Shown piece after piece: positions 36,082 through 47,596 of a DNA stretch of 64,000 nt; within the stretch, counting starts at the first letter, position 1, and each line of letters opens with the position of its first letter. Position numbers and translations under genes: made by a program. The notes beneath the pieces were generated by a model that saw only the letters and a program-made list of their open reading frames with translations, did not search any database and was not told the origin of the DNA. Origin of the DNA: Phoronis australis (lineage: Eukaryota > Animalia > Phoronida); contig NMRA01000218.1 in NCBI GenBank assembly GCA_002633005.1, positions 143,113 to 207,112 on the forward strand. Direction: 5' to 3'.

Positions 36082-36249
36082 TGTTGTGTTCGTAGAACCA
36101 GTAAAACAACACAGATGAGAGTAAAATATAATACGTCTATTCGCTTGGAGAACTAATACAAGAAGGGGATGAGCACGTGGCTTGTGGGCATAAATACCAC
36201 GTGACTATATTCTAAGGAAAACCACAAGTAGCATTGCCAATACACAACA
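36082..36249 (-). repeat. 5' LTR
   Basis: Direct repeat of 31547-31714, adjacent to the PBS. Confidence 0.95.
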
Positions 36250-36608
36250 AAGCCCATTACTATACTGGCACACCCTAATTGAAAATCTTACAAACAATTT
36301 TTAAGACGATGAGTGCAATGAATTTGCAAAAGCAAAAACAAATACCGAATTAAAAAAAGGCTTCACCAAGCTACAAATTATCTGTGAAGCGCCTGCTGCA
36401 ATAACTTCCGAGTTACAATGCAAATGAAACAGTATTTTTCAATTCAACTGAAACCCAGACATACCGCATTCTTTAACTCATATTACACCATAGTTGCTCA
36501 TATCATTTTCTCATCAGAGTGATAAATGCATAAAGATCTACTACAAAACTAATTAGTGTAGTTGCAACTGTTTCTTGCTTTGATGGCGAAATGAAAATAA
36601 CTGTTTAC

Positions 36609-39600
36609 CTCCTTCAGCCGAGTCTCCTCGCCCTCCTTTATATTCTCCTTTTCTCGTACTGCGCGCTGTCGATGCACTCGGCCCGTGATAACCTCTCCAC
36701 GTTCGAAAGTTCCCAGCCTGAACGCATTGACCACAAAAGTAAAAGCAAAGTGAGCCGTTTAGGTCAACTATAGCAGTACTCAGACCTGTCTTATCGCTAC
36801 TGGGTGAATAAAACTCTATTCTTGACACTAACCCCTCTGACAATTTTACGAAGACCCACAATGGTAGAATAAATCAAAAAACAAAACATTGCTAACGTAG
36901 ATGCTGAAGTTGTGCAAAATTTGATGTGATCCATTGTCTTATCCATAGAGATACAGTTGTCAATTCCGACAAAAATCCTGCAAAGATTTTTAGGAGACGC
37001 AGATGCGAATGCCAGGCAGACCTAAGATGGCTGAATGGATGGACAGAGATCACAGCAACACGCACCTACACCAGTATATAATGTCAACAATGAAACCTAT
37101 TTTTATTGACAAAATTACAAGTCACGCCAAAAAAAACCAACATTAATTGGTCAATCTTATTTTTTGAAACTTGATATGGTGGCACAATTTTTTGGCTGCC
37201 CATTCTTTCAAAAAGAAAAGCCACTTGATGCCAGGTGATATAGGCGAGAATTCTCTTTTACCCATCCCAACCTGATGTCACACGTGAGGCGCAGGATTCG
37301 AAATGTGCTAGACACACCAGACCCAAGTGCTATGCTATTTTGTCGCCTTAAGTAAAAAGAAAAATATGGCTGGTACATGTCAGCATACTATTCCTTTACA
37401 AATGTCGATAGCCCAAACATTTTTCTCGTAGCGCACAGAATGTCTACCTACATGCATTTGAAAGGTGCCGCTCTCTTAAAGTAGGGTTGGCATTTTTCAC
37501 CGAGGAAATTCCAGCCTTCTTTGGACAAACTACCATCCTCCTCGAGAGCGACTGAATTCTGTGTAAATGTTAGCTGAAATTAATAGCAACGTAAACTTAT
37601 AACTAAAGTCATCTCGCACATCCGTAAGAAGATGCTTCGACAAGATAAGACCAAATGAAAATTAGCATACAAAGAAGAACAACATCCCCCGAAACTCGCG
37701 ACAAACGATAAGAGAATTCGCCTTTAAGCCCCGTGTTTAAGCCTTGTGTTTGGTCATGGAACCACTAGTTTTCAGCAGAATCGCTTTGTCAATTTTTATC
37801 ACTTCCAGGTCAGAGGTCACATCTTCACTGAGTAACGTACACATTTAGAAGAAATTCACAGGCACTTAAAGCGGCATTAAACCTGCACATTCTGTCAAAA
37901 CTAAGCTTTCCTTCAGACAATTTGAGAAACATGGCAAACAGGCAGCTGACCCGTATTTAGAAACGGTCTTATGCCGACTGCAATATGATCACCTTCTGTC
38001 GAGATGTTGGTTTAAAACCTTCAAGTCACAAACATACCACTTTCTCCACGAACTCGACAGGGTTGAACCTGATGAACTCTGTCGTCAAGTTCTGCGCTTT
38101 TCTCTTGGCCAGCGAAGCAAACAAGGCGACGCATTTCGACTGAATCACACCCTCTCTAGGTGTTTTGACTGAAAGGTAAATATCAAAGTCAAAAACATTA
38201 ACTGCCACTATAACCATGGCACGACCGTCAGAAATGGTTGATTAGATCAGCTACCACTGACGGTTAATGCGATGTTAACAAAACAGTGTTAGAAAATTGT
38301 TCTTAAAATGTTCCACATTTGCGTGAGGGCCTGTCAAAAATAGGATTTTTATGAACTTCGTGAAAATCTGAAAAGATGCATCGAATAAAAACAAAAGGAT
38401 AATTTAGAAAACTGTTCACTATTTTGAAGATTTCATGTTGAACATTTATATCAAATGAACTTTGTTATTGATGCCAATGTTTTGCTAACGATGAACCTTT
38501 TTTGCTAAATTTTATTTAAACAACATGGTCATGAGATAAGTAATAAGTCAAAAGTGGAATTCTACAGGCTTTCAACTTTTAAAAAACAAATACTTTCACC
38601 GAGTTAAAATCGATACCTTTGTAGACATTTGGCTAATTACAAAGACTTACCAATAACGTCCTACACAACCTTGCATAAGAAGAGAAGCAATTGAAGAGCT
38701 TTGCTCTATATTTTGCCGATCTTTGATTGCAAGATTTTCATAACGAAAGCGGTTGCACATACCCCTTTGGAACTCAACCTGTGCCTCTTCAAGAATCTGT
38801 TTAAGGTTTGTTGGATCTGTCTCCAACAACTCTTCTTCATCTCCTGTAAAATGGTGGCATGTCTCAGACAAAAACTTTTCATAATAGTCCCGGGGAACTT
38901 CAGATAAGACAAGGAGAAACCTTTAGTGGTAAGGAAACGGTAGGCCAACCTCTAGTTGTCACAAATTGCCACAAATTAACTCGGTTTTGAAGAAAAAAAA
39001 TTACCATGATACGGAGATTTCAGGAGTGAAACCTATAGTAAGTTTTCTTACAACAAGGACAATCACAGTTCATGATTATGCTGTTCAAATGCACATACGC
39101 ATAGTATTAAATGAATAATGCTTTTCCATTGTACGTTTAACAGCTGTATCACGTATATACAAAATCTAATTCACTGGGCACTTGGACCATATCCAACCTT
39201 TTCATCAAGATGGCTGAACTGCACCTTGTGTCTCCAATTGGCTGCTGACATATAAAGACAAGAGCAACGTGAGCAATTGATAGATACTCCCAATATGCAT
39301 GGCCTACAGTACAGATACATGAGATAATCATTAAAGTGGAACTTGCAGGCTAATTCCTATCTCTGTGATTGCTTGGCCAAATTCAATAGAAACACAACAT
39401 ATAGCTGCGATGTGAATACGAAGTAGGTTGAAAGTTGCCAAATGTTTTTAAGAACAAGTTTTGAGGCGAAAACAATCCACAGCAAATCACTGAACAGGGT
39501 CCAGTATCGTGATGTGGGGCTGGCAAACAAAACCGCATGATGCGGGCTATGAGAGCCCGCGAGGTACGTCATTAGTGCAAAGGTCACCTATTAGCAGATT

Positions 39601-42600
39601 TTTTAATTCACATTTACAAGTTGTCAGTGAATACAACTGCACTTTGTTTAGCATAGATGATGTTCAAATAGCATTGCCGTTTAGTTCCTACTTTACACTA
39701 GCACAGATAGGAGTATGCAAATGCATCTTTAACTGTCCTGCTGAACAGACCAAGGCCAGTTAAATCAATAACAGCATCTAGAGGTGCAAGCAAGTCACAA
39801 ATATTCTCCTCAGCAGAAACAAACCCGCTACCATTCATTACTATTTTTAAGAATTTTGGAGAAAAGGGAACGCAAAAGAGACAAAAACAATAGAACCATC
39901 TGATGGCCATGCAATGGCTACCATTCATTACGCTTTTTAAAAATGTCGGAGAAAAGGGAACACAAAAGAGACAAAAACAATAGAACCATCTGATGGGCGT
40001 GCAACATTGTTCAAATCTATCCAAAATGGGGCAGGTGCAGGTACGACAGTAACTTATTTACAAAATTTCACAAACATCCATCGAGAAACTTGGTAGATAT
40101 CAAGGCAAATGCTAAGAAAAGCAATTATGTGAAGAAATTATGTGAACCAACAGAAGTCAGATTTGTCCCAAAATCCACAACGGCTGTACTCTCCTCAATA
40201 GAGATACCTGCCAAATTTCATGAAGGTCATTCAAAGATCTTGTATTGAGCCACAGGCTACAAAATAACGGAATTGCCACAAGAGGGCGTCGCAGCAGTCA
40301 ACAACTTTGGTTCCCTATCGTTCCGCTTATTTCATGAAACCAGTGCATTTGCTACCCTGACCAGTTATCACATATCAAACACGTACTCAAACTACAAGAA
40401 GTAACCAGCGTTCGGCTAAGCGTCAAACACTGCAAATGAGGTGTTCGCTCGAAAATCAAATTTTGCTGGTGCCTTGTCATTATACACCTCAGCGTCAGTT
40501 TCATTCAAATCTGTGGATCGGTTCTCTAGATATCATCCCGAAATGTGCTTTCGCAAAAAATACTGAAAAAGCCATGCCCCAAACTCCAGGAGGCGGGGCA
40601 TATAGTGACTCTCACTGGTCTGGTGATGCCCTACACTCTTGTGCCTAATTTCACCAAAATCCGACCATCCGTTTACGAGATATCGAGCAGACAACCACAC
40701 CACTGAACAAAGTGACAACAATATGCGAACACATATATACAGATATATGTGGTGGCATCAAAAGGATACTTATTGTCCATCTAGCATAGCTAAAGTAAAA
40801 CAAAGACAGTTGACAGAAACGAAAATAAAACGGTTGTCAACTTACTGTTTAGCTTCTCCACAACACGCCTCAGATTTTTACGGATCTCACGCCTCTCTTC
40901 CTCAGTTTGTGGAGGATCTGCAAAATAATTTGTCAACTTGAAAAAATATGTGATAAGGATGCATTGTACGGAGTGGCAAAAAATTCCACTTGAAGAATAT
41001 CTTTATATATTTTTCAAGCTACAACCAGTGACAAGATTAAGATTATGAAGAATGGAGACCATAGTAATGTGTTTTTTTAAACAGAGCCAGAAAAGTTCTA
41101 ATTATACATGTCACTAGTAAAAGAAAGGACAAAGTTAGCATTCTATGATTGCTTAATAAACAGGTTTATAAACACTACCTTAATTTATTCCAGTTTGAAG
41201 TTTGCTGTTTTAGCTTGGCCTGATAAATGCTCCAAGATTTTTAATGACAAAGGTGTATTACAAGAAATGTAGTGAGAAAGGTGTAGTGCAAGAAATGTAG
41301 TCGGAAAGGTGTAGTGCTGGAAATGTAGTGAGAAAGGTGTAGTGCTGGAAATGTAGTGAGCTGTAGTGCAGGAAATGTAGGGAGCTGTAGTGCTGGAAAT
41401 GTAGTGATCTGTAGTGCTGGAAATGTAGTGAGCTGTAGTGCTGGAAATGTAGTGAGCTGTAGTGCTGGAAATGTAGTGAGCTGTAGTGCTGGAAATGTAG
41501 TGAGCTGTAGTGCTGGAAATGTAGTGAGCTGTAGTGCTGGAAATGTAGTGAGCTGTAGTGCTGGAAATGTAGTGAGCTGTAGTGCTGGAAATGTAGTGAG
41601 CTGTAGTGCTGGAAATGTAGTGAGCTGTAGTGCTGGAAATGTAGTGAGCTGTAGTGCTGGAAATGTAGTGAGCTGTAGTGCTGGAAATGTAGTGAGCTGT
41701 AGTGCTGGAAATGTAGTGAGCTGTAGTGCTGGAAATGTAGTGAGCTGTAGTGCTGGAAATGTAGTGAGCTGTAGTGCTGGAAATGTAGTGAGCTGTAGTG
41801 CTGGAAATGTAGTGAGCTGTAGTGCTGGAAATGTAGTGAGCTGTAGTGCTGGAAATGTAGTGAGCTGTAGTGCTGGAAATGTAGTGAGCTGTAGTGCTGG
41901 AAATGTAGTGAGCTGTAGTGCTGGAAATGTAGTGAGCTGTAGTGCTGGAAATGTAGTGAGCTGTAGTGCTGGAAATGTAGTGAGCTGTAGTGCTGGAAAT
42001 GTAGTGAGCTGTAGTGCTGGAAATGTAGTGAGCTGTAGTGCTGGAAATGTAGTGAGCTGTAGTGCTGGAAATGTAGTGAGCTGTAGTGCTGGAAATGTAG
42101 TGAGCTGTAGTGCTGGAAATGTAGTGAGCTGTAGTGCTGGAAATGTAGTGAGCTGTAGTGCTGGAAATGTAGTGAGCTGTAGTGCTGGAAATGTAGTGAG
42201 CTGTAGTGCTGGAAATGTAGTGAGCTGTAGTGCTGGAAATGTAGTGAGCTGTAGTGCTGGAAATGTAGTGAGCTGTAGTGCTGGAAATGTAGTGAGCTGT
42301 AGTGCTGGAAATGTAGTGAGCTGTAGTGCTGGAAATGTAGTGAGCTGTAGTGCTGGAAATGTAGTGAGCTGTAGTGCTGGAAATGTAGTGAGCTGTAGTG
42401 CTGGAAATGTAGTGAGCTGTAGTGCTGGAAATGTAGTGAGCTGTAGTGCTGGAAATGTAGTGAGCTGTAGTGCTGGAAATGTAGTGAGCTGTAGTGCTGG
42501 AAATGTAGTGAGCTGTAGTGCTGGAAATGTAGTGAGCTGTAGTGCTGGAAATGTAGTGAGCTGTAGTGCTGGAAATGTAGTGAGCTGTAGTGCTGGAAAT

Positions 42601-44737
42601 GTAGTGAGCTGTAGTGCTGGAAATGTAGTGAGCTGTAGTGCTGGAAATGTAGTGAGCTGTAGTGCTGGAAATGTAGTGAGCTGTAGTGCTGGAAATGTAG
42701 TGAGCTGTAGTGCTGGAAATGTAGTGAGCTGTAGTGCTGGAAATGTAGTGAGCTGTAGTGCTGGAAATGTAGTGAGCTGTAGTGCTGGAAATGTAGTGAG
42801 CAAGGTGTAGTGCTGGAAATGTAGTGAGTTGTAGTGCTGGAAATGTAGTGAGCTGTAGTGCTGGAAATGTAGTGAGAAAGTTGTAGTGCTGGAAATGTAG
42901 TGAGAAAGGTGTAGTGCTGGAAATGTAGTGAGAAAGGTGTAGTGCTGGAAATGAAAACACTATCAGCAATGCTTTGTGTGTGTATATAGTGTTTTGAAAC
43001 TGACACCAATTGCTACCCGTGGGAAAGCGTTGGGTAAAAGCTGATCGCAAGATGAAGAACTATTTACGAAGACCCTGAGAACATGACTATTGAAGCTCCC
43101 ATATCTCGTAGCGCAGAGGTGAGATAGTATCAAAATGTTAGATTTTTTTGGCTCAAAAGAAAGGGAAAATAGCCACGTAAGTCAGTAAAACAGGCTATTT
43201 TTATTCCGTATCCTGGGTTGTAGAACATAGAACTTAGCAGTCCACTTAGAAAGTTTTGTTTGTAAAAGTCAAATGAATGGATCAAGTTTGGATGTCTAAA
43301 AATGTTCATACTTTTAGTCATTGTTTGCAAACATTCGGGTGTGTTCGCGTAACATCTAACAGAAAGAAATAGACAACGTAGAGAAAAGGCTGGGATTTTC
43401 TTGTGTCGAAACACGGGTAAAATGTAACAAAACATAAGCAACAATTACTGCAAAGCCAAGTACGAAGTTTGGCGGCCACAGACCCGGAGAAGCATATATG
43501 CGATAGAAGCCAGGCGGAGTAAAATTGGAAGCAACATTAACTATGTGACTGCCCCCAGGTTTAAAAACTCACATCTCCACGCACAGGTGTGCACAGTGTT
43601 TAGGGAGCTGTAAGGTCAAAAAAGGACTGACACGTCAAATGCTCACCGTCAGGTCCACCATCAGGTACGTCATTGCTGCTATTGCCAGGGCGGCTGGTCA
43701 ACCAGTTACCATCGCCAGCTTCTGAAATTCACCAACAATGAATATCATGAAACCCGTCACAACTTGCTTTAAGGACAGTGGACAGATTTAGTTACGGAAC
43801 GTAATTCCATAAGCAACGTCAATCCACTACAGTACATCAATACAAATCAACGTGATTGAAAAAGGCCAGCTGGTATTGTTTCTATCACAGTGAATACAGA
43901 CTCGATATATGCGAGTAAATGCTTGAAAATACATCGATCTTGGATTGACCGATGTGTTAAACGATGGTTCACAAAGTAATACGATGCAATGTGACACAAC
44001 ACATTATGAATGACAATATGCATTCAGACAAATAAGATGACGGTCTGGAGTAAAAAAATCAATTAACAAGGACAATTCTTGTATGAAGGGCAAGAAATGT
44101 ACAAAAACTAATATCTGTTGCAGTGTACTATACATTGCACTTACGCAGATTTAAGAATTCAGTTATGATCATTGCTCATGACATTATCACATTAAACGGT
44201 CTGTTTGACTTGCTGTGTGCGAACTCGGAATCCTGTTTAATCTCAAGATCGCATATGCACAAACTTGGAATTGAACATATTATTTGGGCAATCAAGTGAA
44301 ATTTTTATTCAGTGTAAAGAATTTTTGTAATTATTGGCTTTATGATAACTCATTTTCTCCTTTACTGCAACTTGTGTCAAAGAATTGGAGGAATTTGTGA
44401 TTGGTTAAAAGAATTATTGTTTGGTGAATAAGATCACCAATAGCTGAAAAAAAAGATTAAAATTTGAATTTTACGATATTTTATTAACATATAACTTGGT
44501 TTAGTGCAGTGCAAATTTTCCTCCACGTAAACATGATTATTTGAGTGAAATTGTCAAGTTTCCTCGTGTATTCCAAGTTCATGCAAATGCGATCTTGAGA
44601 TTAAGCAACATTCCAAGTTCACGCACAACAGTCACCACCATCATTTAATACTATTACAATTGAACAAAATCATAACAACCTTCATGTCTTCTAGTGTGGT
44701 CTTCCCCGTTTGATCTGGATGTGGAAGCACGCGGCAT
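36609..44737 (-). CDS. NSMCE4A: NSMCE4/Nse4 (SMC5/6 kleisin), N-terminal 216 aa only; exons 44737-44680, 43721-43647, 40917-40846, 38843-38763, 38168-38038, 37573-37452, 36717-36609
   Basis: Phase-consistent GT-AG exons read MPRASTS...DPPQTEEERREIRKNLRRVVEKLNRDEEELLETDPTNLKQILEEAQVEFQRVKTPREGVIQSKCVALFASLAKRKAQNL..FNPVEFVEKV..GWNFLGEKCQPYFKRAAPFKCMLG. This matches the Nse4/EID N-terminal pattern. Nse4_C exons were not found. Confidence 0.85.
39827..40005. repeat. ~89-bp tandem duplication in an NSMCE4 intron
   Basis: gctaccattcattac...ggagaaaagggaac.caaaagagacaaaaacaatagaaccatctgatgg occurs twice. Confidence 0.85.
41265..42952. repeat. 24-bp minisatellite (gtagtgctggaaatgtagtgagct)n, ~58 perfect central units with longer diverged edge units
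   Basis: Directly visible; lies in an NSMCE4 intron and has no spacers. Confidence 0.98.
44196..44644. mobile_element. MITE with long imperfect TIRs and TTAA ends
   Basis: ttaatctcaagatcgcat..aacttggaat pairs with attccaagtt..tgcgatcttgagattaa; TTAA at 44192 and 44645. Confidence 0.7.
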
Positions 44738-45099
44738 GTCACGACAAGGTTATCACAAGGAATATATTTGGTAACCAGGTAGCCTGGCAATGGTGCTGGA
44801 GTAGTGGACACAGGCACAGGATATAGGGGTATGAAGTCTTTAGTCCACTGCCTTTAGTCTCTTGTGAAATCTGGGTATTTTAACAGTCGACAACGCCAGG
44901 GTGGTGGCGGAGGAATTTAATTATTATTGCGAGGTTGCCGATAGCGAGCGCAGCCAGTGTAGGAGTCAAGAACATCAAATTGCTCGCACCAATTGAACGG
45001 GTCTAATTTCGGTTTCATTCTGATACAAACAAATTCAAACAGCAATCAGCAAAACTGAGATGGACATCGCATTAGCATCCAGGAAGCACTGAAAATTAG

Positions 45100-45570
45100 A
45101 AACAAAAAATAACCCAGAATTAATCAGACCAAGCTTCGCCACAACTCTGCTCAAATGTTCAAAACCACTGACATGTCAATTTCTCTGATGTGATGCCCAA
45201 ATGTTTCCCGCGTGTTGTCCCCAGGCATGCGTAACTGATCGCATGTGGAAAAACAATGCTGAAAACCGGTATGAATGAGAATAAAAGGGGAAAGATTAAC
45301 TTAAATCGACAAATTTACATACTACTTTAAATTAAATCTTAAGCAGATGAGATAGGAATACATTTAATTCAAAGAATAAATGCAATTCCCGCACAGCGCC
45401 ACATAGTGGCAGAGACTGGAAACAGAAGGATATGACGTCACTAGATTACTGCGCATGTCAACCTGAGACGGTTAACATGAATTTTCAAAATCTTGCCGTC
45501 GTTCTAAAGACTTCCGTGGTGACACGCTCTGTTGGTTCGAAGCTTCTCCTCGAAGTACATTGTACTGATG
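45100..45570. promoter_or_regulatory. Probable bidirectional promoter between NSMCE4 and TACC, including the putative non-coding TACC exon 1 (donor at 45570)
   Basis: Lies between divergent genes. E2F-like TTTCCCGCG at 45204, CRE TGACGTCA at 45433, NRF1-like TGCGCATG at 45450, and gat|gtaagt donor. Confidence 0.55.
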
Positions 45571-46650
45571 TAAGTATCCAAACCACTTAAAGGTGACATT
45601 AATGTATTTTCAATAATGTTGTACCCGAATATTCATTCGTGGGCGGGTGTGGTCGAGTTTTTGCTGAACGGAACAGGATGAGGCTGAGAACGGAAGCAGG
45701 CCAAGCAGGATCCTGGGACAGAAGACAGTGACCGTCGTCTCTAGTCTAACTGGCATATTACATGGCTCTGGATGCCGCAGGCATACAGGGGCGATAGTAC
45801 ATCCCCACAAAAAATTACGAATTTCAAAGTATAGGAAATAAAATCAAACGAAACATGCGTAATATGCGGGTCGGAGCAGTTATAATTAACATGTGTTCTG
45901 AAGATGATCACAATATAATTTGAACAAATCGATGAAAATGTGTCGTGGTTTGCTCGAGTTTCTCTTACCGGTTGCCATTTTGAGGAAATTACATGAAATT
46001 ACCGTCACATGTTGACTAATAAGTCCAAGGGTAGGGTGAGCAAACCAATGCAATATGGCGGAAATTCAGCAAGAGCGAAATTTTGCCATTTTTCATGATT
46101 TTCACAAGCTCATATCTATTAGCATTCTAAGTGGTGGAAAATGAAAAGTATGCCAGTGAAATATTTAATTTTTCTTCTTTCTATTGATATCCATTACAAA
46201 AAATGTGGACATTAATAAGTATTTTTAAAAAATGAAGTAAAGCGAGCACTTCACAAATTTTTCACTCACCGGCAAATTCTTGTGACTTTCAGTAGGGGTC
46301 AAACTTTCANCAAGGACACAAAATTTTCCAAATTTCACCTGATACCTTCCCATGCTTTTTTGCTAGTGTCACGCGCCATCGTCACGCGCTTCGCTCAGTC
46401 TCACGCTAGCCTTTGCCTAACTCACGTGGCTCAGTTAAAATACTTTGTGGTTATCGCGCGCGTTGGAATTCTTCGCCAAAGTCACCATTTTCAACTCCTA
46501 ATCGGTAGCCAGATTTGGCCTAGCTCCCCACACGGGACGAAATTCATGCAGAAAGCAATGGGAAGTATTGTAGCCCCTAACTGGCCAACTGAGGGGCTAC
46601 ATGTTGCCTAGCTAAATGGAGATGGTGTAGTGGTTCATACGCTTCAGATT

Positions 46651-46890
46651 TTCCAACTCGAACAAATACTCTCATTAAAATACTCCCATTATCAAACTTT
46701 TTCTTTGAGCAGTCCTTCGTTCAGTTCCCAAAATCAGTAACTGGCCGTTTGTACACTATGCACCCGGGCGATATGACGTAATACTGTTTGCTGCCCGCAG
46801 TGTCAAAATGGCCAGTTACCAATTTTGGGAACTTAACGAAGGACTGCTCGAAGAAAACGTTTGATAACGGGAGTATTTGTTCGAGTTGGA
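46651..46890. mobile_element. Palindromic MITE (partial copies at ~47080-47150 and ~47370-47480)
   Basis: ttccaactcgaacaaatact..gagcagtccttcgtt..cccaaaat..taactggcc is mirrored on the other arm. Confidence 0.8.
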
Positions 46891-47596
46891 AGGAATTAAA
46901 ACATTGACAGCCTCCTAACATGTCCGTCTATGCGCATAAGGTATTTATAACGATTTGACTTTGATATTATAGTCGGTGTGAGGCATATTTGCTGAAAAGC
47001 TTCTGATGTAATAGGCGCCTACTAGTATAGGAGCTATACCATCTCTATTTAGCCAGCTAGAGACGTCATACCACCTGCCACGCACAGTTTTAAAAACGAC
47101 CAGTTGCCTATTTGCGCAACTGAACGAAGGACTGCTCAAAAAAGTTTAATTCACCCAAAAGCTTCCAATGCATGAGGGGTCCATGGGGGCGAGAGCGTAG
47201 ACAGTGACCACCGTCTCTACTGACCTTATTGGAGACGATGAAGCTTCTATATATACATACACCGGAAGGTTTTTTTGAAATTACGACTCGCATTAATTAA
47301 AACATTACAGCCACGTTGTTATATTAAAGATAAGTACCCTTTGAGCACACCTTAGGAAGTCTTGGGAATCGAACAAATACTCCCGTAATCAAACTACATT
47401 CCGGGCAGTCGTTTGTAAACTGTCACTCAAATTGGCAACTGGTCATTTTTAACATTGCGCACACCAGGAGAAATGACGTCATATAATTGCAGGTCAAAAG
47501 TGATTTCCACAAAAACCACTAGGGCCTATGTTTTCAAAGTTCCGATGCATTCTCTGATGACATTTTGTTTATGGCCAAAATTTTCTTATTTTCAGA

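Larger units (their letters stand above)
31547..36249 (-). mobile_element. Full-length Ty3/Gypsy LTR retrotransposon
   Basis: 168-bp TG..CA LTRs at 31547-31714 and 36082-36249 with 2 differences. PBS next to the 5' LTR, PPT aagggtagaggga at 31715-31727, and a single intact gag-pol ORF. The flanks (gtgac / aagcc) do not form a TSD. Confidence 0.95.

Noticed and set aside
36062-36112. ORF-track start of gag-pol at 36112
   Set aside because: It is a non-ATG start inside the LTR/PBS. The plausible start is the ATG at 36061.
41185-43050. Four long ORFs (484-621 aa) and a possible CRISPR-like array
   Set aside because: The ORFs are by-products of a stop-free 24-bp tandem repeat in an intron. There are no unique spacers or cas genes, and the context is eukaryotic.
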